NCBI GenBank assembly: GCA_944321725.1
Contig: CALUMI010000008.1
Location: 641 to 64,640 of the forward strand
DNA length: 64,000 nt
Direction: 5' to 3'
DNA from: an uncultured Muribaculaceae bacterium
Lineage (GTDB): Bacteria > Bacteroidota > Bacteroidia > Bacteroidales > Muribaculaceae
The translations under genes and the position numbers were made by a program. Positions 41,647 through 50,686 of this stretch are shown one piece after another. Every line of letters starts with the position of its first letter. Position 1 is the stretch's first letter. Below the pieces are notes generated by a model. That model was not told where the DNA came from. It was given only the letters and a program-made list of their open reading frames with translations, and did not search any database.

Positions 41647-42439
41647 TTCAAAAGAATATAAATTAGAGGCGTTCTCCAAACTCCTTGATGTGCTTGATGA
41701 GCTTAGGACCAAATGCCCATGGGACAGGAAGCAGACCAACGAAAGTTTGCGTTGCAATACGATAGAGGAAGTGTACGAGTTGAGCAACGCGCTGTTGGAG
41801 AATGATGTGGATGATATTCGTAAAGAACTTGGCGATGTGTTGCTGCATATAATCTTTTATGCGAAAATAGCCGATGAAAAGCGGCAATTCGACATAGCCG
41901 ATGTCTGCGACTCTTTGCGCGAAAAACTGATATTCCGCCATCCCCATGTTTTTGGCACCGTAAATGTGAAAGACTCATCAGATGTTGAGCATAATTGGGA
42001 AGCCATAAAATTAAAAGAAAAAGGAGGGAACCGGACCATACTTGGCGGAGTGCCGGAAACATTGCCGTCGGTAATAAAAGCAGAGCGTATACAAGAAAAG
42101 GCATCGAATGCCGGATTTGATTGGCAACAGCCTTCTGATGTTTGGGAAAAAGTGAAAGAGGAAATAGAAGAGGTGGAAACTGAAATCAAAAGAGGTAACG
42201 ACAAACTCTCGCTTGAAAATGAGTTCGGTGATTTGCTTTTCAGTGTGATAAATGCGGCACGGTTGTATAAAGTCAATGCGGATAATGCTTTGGAAGCCGC
42301 AAATAAAAAATTTATCAGGCGGTTTAACTTCGTGGAAAAACAAGCCTTGAAAGAAAATAAAACCCTTTCTTCGATGACTCTTGACGAAATGGACAGCCTG
42401 TGGAATAAGGCAAAGGAACTCGAAAAGCAGGCAGAATAG
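41639..42439 (+). CDS. mazG: nucleoside triphosphate pyrophosphohydrolase MazG
   Basis: CPWDRKQT, EEVYEL, ELGDVLL and a second EFGDLLF repeat. Confidence 0.85.
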   Translation: MSNSKEYKLEAFSKLLDVLDELRTKCPWDRKQTNESLRCNTIEEVYELSNALLENDVDDIRKELGDVLLHIIFYAKIADEKRQFDIADVCDSLREKLIFRHPHVFGTVNVKDSSDVEHNWEAIKLKEKGGNRTILGGVPETLPSVIKAERIQEKASNAGFDWQQPSDVWEKVKEEIEEVETEIKRGNDKLSLENEFGDLLFSVINAARLYKVNADNALEAANKKFIRRFNFVEKQALKENKTLSSMTLDEMDSLWNKAKELEKQAE

Positions 42440-42441
42440 AA

Positions 42442-44472
42442 ATGATTGTTTGCATAACGGAGAAGCCGAGTGTCGCTAAAGATATTGCGTCTATATTAGG
42501 TGCAAATGTCAGGCGAGATGGATATTTTGAGGGCAATGGATATATGGTCACATGGACTTTCGGGCATCTGTGTATGCTCAAAGAGCCTCAGGATTATACG
42601 GAGCGGTGGAAGCAGTGGAGTCTTGGGGCATTGCCCATGATTCCTCCTAAGTTCGGAATAAAATTGATTCAGGATAAGGGGATTGAGAAGCAGTTTAAAG
42701 TAATAGAGTCGCTGATAAGTAAGTCGGATGGCGTGATTAATTGTGGCGATGCCGGGCAGGAGGGTGAACTGATACAGCGTTGGGTTATGCAAAAGGCCGA
42801 ATGCAAAAAGCCTGTTAAAAGGCTATGGATTTCTTCTCTCACCGATGAGAGCATCTCGGAGGGATTCAAGCATCTGCGTCCGCAGTCGGATTTCGACAGC
42901 CTTTATTATGCCGGCCTTTCGAGAGCAATCGGAGATTGGATACTTGGCATGAATGCTACCCGCCTTTACACTCTCATGTATTCAAAAAACAGAAATGTCT
43001 TGTCGATAGGGCGGGTTCAAACTCCTACGTTGGCATTGATTGTCGCCCGCCAGAAGGAGATAGATAATTTTGTGGCTGAAGATTATTGGGAGATAAAGAC
43101 TATATACCGTGATGTGGCATTTAATGCTGTAAAGTGCAGATATAAAACGGAGAAAGAGGCTGAAGAGGTGGTTGGGAAAATCAAACAACTGCCTCTGAAA
43201 ATCGAATCGTATTCTACCAAAAAAGGAAAAGAGGCTCCTCCACGCCTGTTTGACCTTACATCGCTGCAGGTTGAATGCAATAAGCGATATGGATATTCTG
43301 CCGATATGACGTTAAAATTGATACAATCGCTTTATGAAAAGAAATTTACTACATATCCTCGTGTTGACACAACTTATCTGAGCGATGATATTTATCAAAA
43401 AGTGCCGGGTATTCTTAAGGCGTTAGTGCCATATTCCAAGTTTACTCAATGCTTGTTGGAAAAGAAATTGCCAAAATCTAAGAAAGTGTTTGATAATTCC
43501 AAAGTAACCGACCATCATGCCATAATACCCACGAATGTCACTCCGGCATCATACCTGTCGATAGAAGAGAAAAGGGTATATGATATGGTGGCAAGGCGGT
43601 TTATTGCGGCATTTTATCCCGATTGTCAGTTTAACCAGACAACGGTTCTCGCTAAGGCTGGAGATATGGAGTTTAAGGCTGCGGGCAAACAAATCATAGT
43701 TGATGGGTGGCGTGAGCTGTATGCTTCTAATCAGGAAAATTCCTCTAATTCCGATGATAATATAATGCCGGTGTTTGTCGAGGGTGAAACAGGCTCGCAT
43801 GAGCCTTCTGCCGTTAAGAAAACCACACAGCCGCCTAAATATTATACGGAAGGCACGTTGCTTCGTGCTATGGAAACTGCCGGCAAGTTGGTGGAGGATG
43901 AGGAACTGCGTGAGGCGATGAAAGAAAACGGTATAGGGCGGCCTTCTACGCGTGCGGCTATCATAGAAACATTGTTTAAGAGAAAATACATCATTAAGGA
44001 TAAAAAGAATCTGAAAGCCACATCAGCTGGCATTGCTCTTATAGAAACGATAAAAACTGATTTGTTGAAATCGGCGAAACTGACGGGGTTATGGGAGAAT
44101 AAACTGCGTAAAATTGAAAGTAAAGAATACGACGCCGCGCAATTTATAGGAGAATTGAAAGAGCTTATCGGTGACATTGTTTTGGAGGTGCTGAGTGATA
44201 ACAGCGGAAATAAAATATTGGTTTCGGATGATGACTCCAAAAAGAAAAATCTTCAGCAATCCAAGCCTAAAAGAAATCCGCCGATAAGGAAATTAGAGCA
44301 GATTAGTTGCCCTATATGTGGCAAAGGACATATAATTAAAGGAAAAACCGCTTACGGATGTAGCGAATTCCGAAACGGATGTAATTTCAGGCTTGCGTTC
44401 GGGGATTATCCGGATACGCTTACTCCGGCACAGCTAAACAAACGTATAAATGCTGAATATAAGAAAAGATGA
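42442..44472 (+). CDS. topB: DNA topoisomerase III
   Basis: Toprim start MIVCITEKPSVA, DAGQEGE, GRVQTPTL and TYPRVD (catalytic Tyr region), plus C-terminal Cys zinc-ribbon motifs. Confidence 0.9.
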   Translation: MIVCITEKPSVAKDIASILGANVRRDGYFEGNGYMVTWTFGHLCMLKEPQDYTERWKQWSLGALPMIPPKFGIKLIQDKGIEKQFKVIESLISKSDGVINCGDAGQEGELIQRWVMQKAECKKPVKRLWISSLTDESISEGFKHLRPQSDFDSLYYAGLSRAIGDWILGMNATRLYTLMYSKNRNVLSIGRVQTPTLALIVARQKEIDNFVAEDYWEIKTIYRDVAFNAVKCRYKTEKEAEEVVGKIKQLPLKIESYSTKKGKEAPPRLFDLTSLQVECNKRYGYSADMTLKLIQSLYEKKFTTYPRVDTTYLSDDIYQKVPGILKALVPYSKFTQCLLEKKLPKSKKVFDNSKVTDHHAIIPTNVTPASYLSIEEKRVYDMVARRFIAAFYPDCQFNQTTVLAKAGDMEFKAAGKQIIVDGWRELYASNQENSSNSDDNIMPVFVEGETGSHEPSAVKKTTQPPKYYTEGTLLRAMETAGKLVEDEELREAMKENGIGRPSTRAAIIETLFKRKYIIKDKKNLKATSAGIALIETIKTDLLKSAKLTGLWENKLRKIESKEYDAAQFIGELKELIGDIVLEVLSDNSGNKILVSDDDSKKKNLQQSKPKRNPPIRKLEQISCPICGKGHIIKGKTAYGCSEFRNGCNFRLAFGDYPDTLTPAQLNKRINAEYKKR

Positions 44473-44993
44473 TAAAAGAATTGTTTCCTGTATTAAATGA
44501 ACTCGGAGAAATAACGGGATCCGCCACTCGCGAAGAGTGCCATTCAGGCTCTTTTCTGTTGCACCCTGTAGTCCACTTGCATGTATTTGATAAAAACGGA
44601 CGGTTATTTCTGCAACATCGCTCTCCATGCAAAGACATACAGCCGGATAAATGGGACACGTCTGTCGGCGGGCATGTTGACTATGGAGAAACCGTAGAAG
44701 ATGCGTTGTTGAGAGAGGCGAGGGAAGAACTTGGTCTGGATTCCATACAGGCGAGATTTTTGTACTCATATAAATTTAGAAGCGACAAGGAATACGAGTA
44801 TGTAAATACATATTTTACTGTCTGCGACCAGTCAGATGTCCGAATTGATTTCAATGAAATCGATGATGGCAGATTTTTCGATTTTAATGAAATCGAGTCT
44901 TTGCTTGGAAAGAATTTTTTCACTCCTAATTTTGAATTTGAATTTAAAAAATTAAAAGATGCCGGCTTTACAGTGAACGATTTTATTTTATAG
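44469..44993 (+). CDS. NUDIX hydrolase
   Basis: Nudix box GGHVDYGETVEDALLREAREELGL. There is a 4-nt ATGA overlap with topB. Confidence 0.8.
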   Translation: MIKELFPVLNELGEITGSATREECHSGSFLLHPVVHLHVFDKNGRLFLQHRSPCKDIQPDKWDTSVGGHVDYGETVEDALLREAREELGLDSIQARFLYSYKFRSDKEYEYVNTYFTVCDQSDVRIDFNEIDDGRFFDFNEIESLLGKNFFTPNFEFEFKKLKDAGFTVNDFIL

Positions 44994-45014
44994 GCGTTTA
45001 CTTATAAAAACACG

Positions 45015-45212
45015 ATGAGCTTGATAGTGCAATACATTATTATAGGAATTATTTTTCTTATAATTATTTTCCTTATAATTAGGTCTTTGGTGAAACGTTC
45101 CAAAAAAGTTGGCAGTGCATCTTGCTGCGGATGCTCTTGCGGTGGAAAGAGCCATTGTCCTCTTTCCGGTTACGATAAATGCAAAGAAAAGAGCAACACA
45201 GAAAATAATTGA
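45015..45212 (+). CDS. FeoB-associated Cys-rich small membrane protein family
   Basis: 65 aa with one TM helix followed by SCCGCSCGG...HC. This matches the family pattern as I recall it. Confidence 0.5.
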   Translation: MSLIVQYIIIGIIFLIIIFLIIRSLVKRSKKVGSASCCGCSCGGKSHCPLSGYDKCKEKSNTENN

Positions 45213-45448
45213 CATATCATAAAACTTTTTTTCAGTTCCGAAATGGCGGCGGTATCGCCGTATTCGATAGCCTTTTTCAAATAATCGAGTGCGATTTCTT
45301 TTAGATAAGAATCAAGAGAAACTTTATCCATGAGGTAGCGGTACACAAAATAATTCGCGGGTGCGTATCTATAACGGTATGCCATTTTGGAGCATAAAAA
45401 AGTTGTAAAAAATATTTGTAAAAAATTGCATGATTGAGAAAGAGCTTG

Positions 45449-45456
45449 TACCTTTG
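45449..45456 (+). promoter_or_regulatory. Bacteroidota -7 promoter element upstream of tRNA-Gln
   Basis: TACCTTTG lies 20 nt upstream of the tRNA. Confidence 0.5.
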
Positions 45457-45476
45457 CACTGTCGAAAGACAAAAAT

Positions 45477-45547
45477 TGTCCAGTGGTGTAATGGTAGCAC
45501 TTCGGATTCTGGTTCCGCCTGTGAGGGTTCGAGTCCTTCCTGGACAA
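45477..45547 (+). tRNA. tRNA-Gln (anticodon CTG)
   Basis: Hand-folded: acceptor TGTCCAG/CTGGACA (U1-A72), anticodon loop TTCTGGT, T arm GAGGG-TTCGAGT-CCTTC. Confidence 0.85.
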
Positions 45548-45552
45548 CAAGG

Positions 45553-45592
45553 ATAATCGCCAACTTTTTAAGTTGGCGATTATTATTTTTTT
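45553..45592 (+). terminator. intrinsic terminator after tRNA-Gln
   Basis: ATAATCGCCAACT ... AGTTGGCGATTAT, a 13-bp stem followed by a T-run. Confidence 0.8.
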
Positions 45593-45768
45593 CTGTCTAA
45601 ATGTAAATTTGTATCATAGAATTGTCTGATTTACTGTCAATCACATATCTATTTCGCTCTTCTGCTTAGAAAATAATACCGCATGTATATGGTTTTAAAA
45701 TATAGTCTTTATATTTGTAGTACATAAAATCATATAACACGTGGACTGTTACGGGTACCAACGGAGCT

Positions 45769-47823
45769 ATGGTAGGCGGTATTGCCGGAATAAATAAAGG
45801 AGAAAACAGTGTGATACGTAATTGTTACAACACTGCAAAGGTGTTTTCTGATTCCTACAGAGGGGAAATTTGTCCGGCGGAAGAGAATCTCGGCTCTGTC
45901 GATAATTGCTATTTCGATATGCAGACGGCGTCGGTCAGTGGCTCGGAGGGATATGCCACATTGACGCGCGATATGGTTTCCGCTGCCGGATTGGATGGAT
46001 TTGACGCGGAAAAATGGGTGTTTGCCGACGGCCTTTATCCTCGTTTGAAAGGTCTTGAAAATATTCCGGGGGCTAAATTGATGGCATCGGCCGTAATTTG
46101 CTACGCGAATGAGTATGGCGACAATTTCGACCGTCTGTCGTTCATCACATCCGATTTCAAGCTCGGTGCTGCCGATGGTGTGGTTTGGAGTTCCGACAAT
46201 GCGGCCGTGGCGATTGACGGTGGTGATGCCGTTGTGACTCGTTCCGTTGATGGCGATATCGATGTGTCGCTTACGGCGGAAGTTGAAGGCTTGCGTAAAA
46301 TTATTCCGGTTGTGATTGTAGCCGACTTGAAAGGTACTGGGACGGAAACAGACCCGTTCCTGATTGAAAACCAAAATCAACTCAGGTATATTTCGTCTTC
46401 AGTCGCTTCAGGCGTAACATACAAGGGGCAATATATAAAACTTGTGAATGATGTGGATTTGGGCGGCGAGGATAATCCTTTTTCGCCTATCGGTACTAAT
46501 GACGGATATTATTTCTTTGAAGGTAATTTTGACGGAAATGGCAAGACTGTCTATAATCTTTACATAAATCTCCCTAACGATATGTATGTCGGCTTGTTCG
46601 GACGGTTGGGAGAAACGGCTGTGGTTAAGAATCTGATTGTCGGTTCAGGCTATGTGAATGGCAGTGGAAATGTCGGTGCCGTTGTCGGACAGTCTGCCGG
46701 ACAGGTATATAATTGCGGCAATTATGCGGAGGTTACCGGAACATCCATTGTCGGTGGTGTTGTCGGTGCTGTCAGCTATGGCGCGACAGGCGAATTGTCT
46801 AACTGTTTCAATGTAGGTAATGTTTCTTCGCATCGTGGCAGTGTCGGCGGAATTGCAGGAACTGTCAGCTACATCTCAAAAATAACCCATTGCTTCAACT
46901 CCGGGAAAGTTACGGATCTTGCGACAGGAAATACGCCGGGACAGACAGGCGGTATAGTTGCATATACGACCGTACCCGTTGAGTACTGTTATAATGCCGG
47001 AATCGTTTCCGATTTGTCCACAGATGAAAGTCGTTCTATGGCGGGTGGCATCGCAGGCCGTACTCTCGGCTCGGCGGACGTGCCTGTGATAATCGACAAT
47101 TGCATCAATACCGGAACTGTGATGACCTCTACAGGGCTGCAGTGCAATCCGATTGTCGGCGTGGTTGACAATGAAGGTGACGAGATAAGTGCAAGCTATT
47201 ACGACTCTCAGGCAATGCCGGGAGAATATGAAAACGGTTTGGCTGTCGCTACTAAAGACTTTACAGACGCTTCGGCTGTCAGTGAATTGTCGTCTGAGCA
47301 ATGGACGGTATGTAGCGATTCTTATCCCGTATTGAAATGTTTTGAAGGCATGGATGTCGCAAAATTCGCGTCAGCGGCTTTGTTCCTTTCTGACGGTGAT
47401 GATTACACTTCTGTTAAAAACAATTTCAGTTTGACCGGAATTGACGGTGTAAATTGGGTTGTTTCTCCGTATTATGCTTTAGAAGCGCAGGGCACGGAAG
47501 TCACTGTCAATCGCAGGGCGGAAGATACAGAGTGCCGTATAGGGGCTTTCTTTGGAGATGCTGCCGTGAAAGAATTCAACATTTTGTTGAAAGCCGCTGA
47601 AGGCGGTGTATGCTCTTTGTCGGATGACGCTGTTTCTGTTACAGTGTCGGGTAATAATCTGATTATAAGGAATGCTATGGGTGCTGCGGTTTCGATATAC
47701 GATCTTTCCGGGCGTTGTATCTCGTCATTTGAGGCCGGCAGTAATGCGGAAGTCGTAACTATGAACGTGAAAGGCGTATTTATAGTAAAATGCGGTGACT
47801 ATGTGACAAAAGTAGTTTTGTAA
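45769..47823 (+). CDS. GLUG-repeat protein with T9SS C-terminal sorting domain, apparently 5'-truncated (no signal peptide)
   Basis: Repeated GG(I/V)(A/V)G...NC(Y/F)N.G.V units. C-terminal VSIYDLSGRCISSF...GVFIVKCGDYVTKVVL. The open frame extends only to the stop at 45718-45720 and already encodes repeat-like sequence. Confidence 0.6.
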   Translation: MVGGIAGINKGENSVIRNCYNTAKVFSDSYRGEICPAEENLGSVDNCYFDMQTASVSGSEGYATLTRDMVSAAGLDGFDAEKWVFADGLYPRLKGLENIPGAKLMASAVICYANEYGDNFDRLSFITSDFKLGAADGVVWSSDNAAVAIDGGDAVVTRSVDGDIDVSLTAEVEGLRKIIPVVIVADLKGTGTETDPFLIENQNQLRYISSSVASGVTYKGQYIKLVNDVDLGGEDNPFSPIGTNDGYYFFEGNFDGNGKTVYNLYINLPNDMYVGLFGRLGETAVVKNLIVGSGYVNGSGNVGAVVGQSAGQVYNCGNYAEVTGTSIVGGVVGAVSYGATGELSNCFNVGNVSSHRGSVGGIAGTVSYISKITHCFNSGKVTDLATGNTPGQTGGIVAYTTVPVEYCYNAGIVSDLSTDESRSMAGGIAGRTLGSADVPVIIDNCINTGTVMTSTGLQCNPIVGVVDNEGDEISASYYDSQAMPGEYENGLAVATKDFTDASAVSELSSEQWTVCSDSYPVLKCFEGMDVAKFASAALFLSDGDDYTSVKNNFSLTGIDGVNWVVSPYYALEAQGTEVTVNRRAEDTECRIGAFFGDAAVKEFNILLKAAEGGVCSLSDDAVSVTVSGNNLIIRNAMGAAVSIYDLSGRCISSFEAGSNAEVVTMNVKGVFIVKCGDYVTKVVL

Positions 47824-47924
47824 GATTTTATAAATGGAAAAAGTGACCGACTAAAAGTCAAGTGACTTGCAGCCGGTTTCTTTTTTGTATTGGAGTTTTT
47901 CTCTCGAAATCACGTATAAAAGCA

Positions 47925-47957
47925 GATGGCGGCTAAAATATGATTTTAGTCGCCATC
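47925..47957 (-). terminator. hairpin terminator downstream of the CAT-anticodon tRNA
   Basis: GATGGCGGCTAAAAT ATG ATTTTAGTCGCCATC, 15-bp arms with one mismatch. Confidence 0.6.
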
Positions 47958-47963
47958 TTGCTG

Positions 47964-48037
47964 TAGCGGGATCGAGAATTGAACTCGAGACCTCCGGGTT
48001 ATGAATCCGACGCTCTGACCAACTGAGCTATCCCGCC
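47964..48037 (-). tRNA. tRNA with CAT anticodon (elongator Met, or Ile2 if lysidine-modified)
   Basis: Hand-folded: acceptor GGCGGGA/TCCCGCT, D arm GCTC-AGTTGGTCA-GAGC, anticodon loop TTCATAA, T arm TCGAG-TTCAATT-CTCGA. It lacks initiator features. Confidence 0.8.
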
Positions 48038-48048
48038 GTTTGCGAGTG

Positions 48049-48056
48049 CAAAGGTA
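48049..48056 (-). promoter_or_regulatory. Bacteroidota -7 promoter element upstream of the CAT tRNA
   Basis: The minus strand reads TACCTTTG, 11 nt upstream of the tRNA 5' end. Confidence 0.5.
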
Positions 48057-48139
48057 AAACCAATATTTGAAATGTGCAAGCCGAAGCGCAATAATTTTTC
48101 TCAGAAAAATTCTGTAATTTTGTAATTGTAAATAAAAGG

Positions 48140-49846
48140 TTGGTTCACAAAATAAGACATAAATTGGAAACTACAAGCAAAGAGGCGTGCAACATCTTGA
48201 TTGATGTGTTGATAGCTCATGGTGTCAGGAGGGTGGTTCTCTCTCCCGGTTCCCGCAATGCTCCGTTATTGGTGGCATTGTCAAGACGCCGGGAGGTTGA
48301 AAAATATGTAATCGTCGATGAGCGCAGCGCGGCGTTTGCGGCTTTGGGGATGGCCGGGCAGTTAAGCGGGCCTGTCGCGCTTGTGTGTACATCGGGAACA
48401 GCCTTATTGAATTATGCTCCTGCCGTAGCCGAGGCTTATTATCAGAAAATTCCGCTTGTGGTAATTTCAGCCGACCGTCCCAAAGAGTGGATTGATCAGG
48501 ATGACAGCCAGACAATAAGACAGTTCGAAGCTTTGTCGCAATTCGTAAAGAAAAGCTATGACATTCCGGCTCGGTGTGATGACGACACCGCGCGATGGTA
48601 TGTCAACAGGATTGCCAACGATGCGATGATTGAGGCAAATTCGGGTCGTAGAGCTCCTGTGCATATAAATGTGCAGCTTGACGAGCCGCTTGCGCGGTTG
48701 GCGGAGTATAGTAACAAGCAGCGCGTGATTGAGATAACGTTGCCGTCGCAATCTGTTTCCGGCAGTGATATGGAAACTTTGCTCCGAGAGGCTGAAGGCA
48801 AGAATGTTTTGGTGATTTCCGGATTTGGTGAGAAAGGCCCCGATTTGGAGTATGGTTTAAACAAACTTGCGTCATTGCCTAATGTGGCTGTCTTGACAGA
48901 AACCATATCAAATTTGCATTCTCCGAAATTTATACAGGCAATCGACCGCACACTGCTCGCAATGGAGCGTGGCGCGGAGGACTGTTACAAGCCTGATTTG
49001 CTTATAACGGTTGGCGGAGCGATTATTTCAAGAATTGTGAAAACTTTCTTGAGAAAATATAGGGCTGCCTGCCAATGGTATGTGGGTATTGCCGAAACTA
49101 CGGTTGATTGTATGCAGACGCTTACAAGGCGTATTCAGGTTGAGCCGGGCGCATTCTTCCGACAATTCGCAAATTCATACGCCGAAAAGACGTCATCCGA
49201 ATCTGATTTTGCGGGAAAATGGCTTAAATTATACGAGAAAGGCAGAAAACGGCATGAATTGTATTTGGAGTCAATCGAATGGAGTGACATGAGGGCTTTC
49301 TCAACAATAATTCCGTCATTGCCTGATAATTGCCGCGTGCAGTTGTCGAATGGCACGACGATACGTTATGCCCAACTGTTTGGCGACATGTTGAGTCAAG
49401 ACAGTTTTTGCAACAGGGGAGTGTCGGGCATCGACGGCTCCACATCGACAGCGTTGGGTGCGTCGTTGGCTTACGATGGCACTACAGTGCTGATTACCGG
49501 CGACATGAGTTTCAGCTACGACTTGTCTGGTTTGGCCTCGCAATACAATTCCGGCAGGTTTAAAATCATAGTCATGTGTAATGGCGGGGGAGGTATTTTC
49601 CGTTTTGTAAAGGCCACTTCCGATTTGCCTGAATTGGAGCGGTATTTTGAGGTTAAGCGGGATATTCCGGTTGACAGGTATGCGACGGCTTTCGGATTTG
49701 AGTATTTTGAGGCATGTTCGGAGGATGGGCTTAGGAATGTTTTGCCTGAATTTTGGAATAGTGAAAAGGCTTCTATCCTCGCCGTGAAAACCGATAATAT
49801 TGTGAGCGCGGAAACATTGAGAAATTATTTTAAAAGAGATAAATAA
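48140..49846 (+). CDS. menD: SEPHCHC synthase (2-succinyl-5-enolpyruvyl-6-hydroxy-3-cyclohexene-1-carboxylate synthase)
   Basis: ThDP-enzyme pattern with VLSPGSRNAPL and GDMSFSYD...N. The start is TTG, because no in-frame ATG exists upstream of the conserved N-terminus. Confidence 0.9.
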   Translation: MVHKIRHKLETTSKEACNILIDVLIAHGVRRVVLSPGSRNAPLLVALSRRREVEKYVIVDERSAAFAALGMAGQLSGPVALVCTSGTALLNYAPAVAEAYYQKIPLVVISADRPKEWIDQDDSQTIRQFEALSQFVKKSYDIPARCDDDTARWYVNRIANDAMIEANSGRRAPVHINVQLDEPLARLAEYSNKQRVIEITLPSQSVSGSDMETLLREAEGKNVLVISGFGEKGPDLEYGLNKLASLPNVAVLTETISNLHSPKFIQAIDRTLLAMERGAEDCYKPDLLITVGGAIISRIVKTFLRKYRAACQWYVGIAETTVDCMQTLTRRIQVEPGAFFRQFANSYAEKTSSESDFAGKWLKLYEKGRKRHELYLESIEWSDMRAFSTIIPSLPDNCRVQLSNGTTIRYAQLFGDMLSQDSFCNRGVSGIDGSTSTALGASLAYDGTTVLITGDMSFSYDLSGLASQYNSGRFKIIVMCNGGGGIFRFVKATSDLPELERYFEVKRDIPVDRYATAFGFEYFEACSEDGLRNVLPEFWNSEKASILAVKTDNIVSAETLRNYFKRDK

Positions 49847-49858
49847 GTATATACCAAC

Positions 49859-50683
49859 ATGGAGAAAAGAGATTGGAGGACAATAAAAGAATATACGGAT
49901 ATTCTTTTCGAGCAATACAAAGGCATAGCGAAAATCACGATTAACCGCCCGGAGGTCTACAATGCTTTCCGTCCGTTGACAAACACTGAGATGCTCGACG
50001 CTTTCGGCATTTGCCGCGAGCGCGGAGATATCAGGGTGATAGTGTTGACGGGAGCGGGCGACAAAGCTTTTTGTTCAGGCGGCGACCAAAACTACAAGAC
50101 GCAGGGCGGTTATCGTGACAGCGACGGCACCCCGCGCTTGAATGTGCTCGATTTGCATAAAATGATACGCTCAATCCCAAAGCCTGTCATTGCGATGGTC
50201 AACGGCTATGCCATAGGCGGAGGAAACGTGCTTAATGTGGTGTGCGATTTGTCGATAGCGTCTGAAAACGCGCGTTTCGGCCAGACAGGGCCGAAAGTCG
50301 GCAGTTTCGACGGTGGTTTCGGCTCTTCTTATTTGGCGCGATGCGTGGGGCAGAAAAAGACGCGTGAGATTTGGTACTTATGCCGTCAATACACAGCGAA
50401 AGAAGCGGAGCAAATGGGTATGATTAATAAAGTGGTGCCATTCGAGCGGTTGGAGGACGAGACTGTGGAATGGTGCGAAACGATTATGAAGCGCAGCCCG
50501 TTTGCTATCCGTATGATTAAGCGTTGCCTGAACGCCGAGCTCGACGGGCAGCGCGGATTGATGGAATTGGCGGGCGACGCCACGCTGATGTACTATCTTA
50601 TGGATGAGGCCCAAGAGGGCAAAAATGCTTTCTTGGAGAAGCGCGACCCTGATTTTGATCAGTTTCCTAAATTTCCGGGATAG
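49859..50683 (+). CDS. menB: 1,4-dihydroxy-2-naphthoyl-CoA synthase
   Basis: Crotonase fold with [16 protein letters not shown] and a C-terminal [11 protein letters not shown]. Confidence 0.95.
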   Translation: MEKRDWRTIKEYTDILFEQYKGIAKITINRPEVYNAFRPLTNTEMLDAFGICRERGDIRVIVLTGAGDKAFCSGGDQNYKTQGGYRDSDGTPRLNVLDLHKMIRSIPKPVIAMVNGYAIGGGNVLNVVCDLSIASENARFGQTGPKVGSFDGGFGSSYLARCVGQKKTREIWYLCRQYTAKEAEQMGMINKVVPFERLEDETVEWCETIMKRSPFAIRMIKRCLNAELDGQRGLMELAGDATLMYYLMDEAQEGKNAFLEKRDPDFDQFPKFPG

Positions 50684-50686
50684 GCG

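Noticed and set aside
42442-44472. Topoisomerase III as a marker of a conjugative transposon
   Set aside because: There are no tra, mob or integrase genes nearby. The gene is translationally coupled to housekeeping-type neighbours.
45170-45385. Possible 71-aa minus-strand ORF (MAYRYRYAPANYF...YLKKAIEYGDTAAISELKK, faintly Sel1/TPR-like)
   Set aside because: It overlaps the convergent Cys-rich gene by 43 nt. The longer ORF version runs through tRNA-Gln. There is no clear start context or family signature. It could be a gene remnant, but I cannot support it.
45477-48037. Integrated genomic island between tRNA-Gln and the CAT-anticodon tRNA
   Set aside because: It contains no integrase, excisionase or mobility genes. 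I could find no direct repeat of either tRNA 3' end in the interval. Only a single truncated gene lies between the tRNAs.
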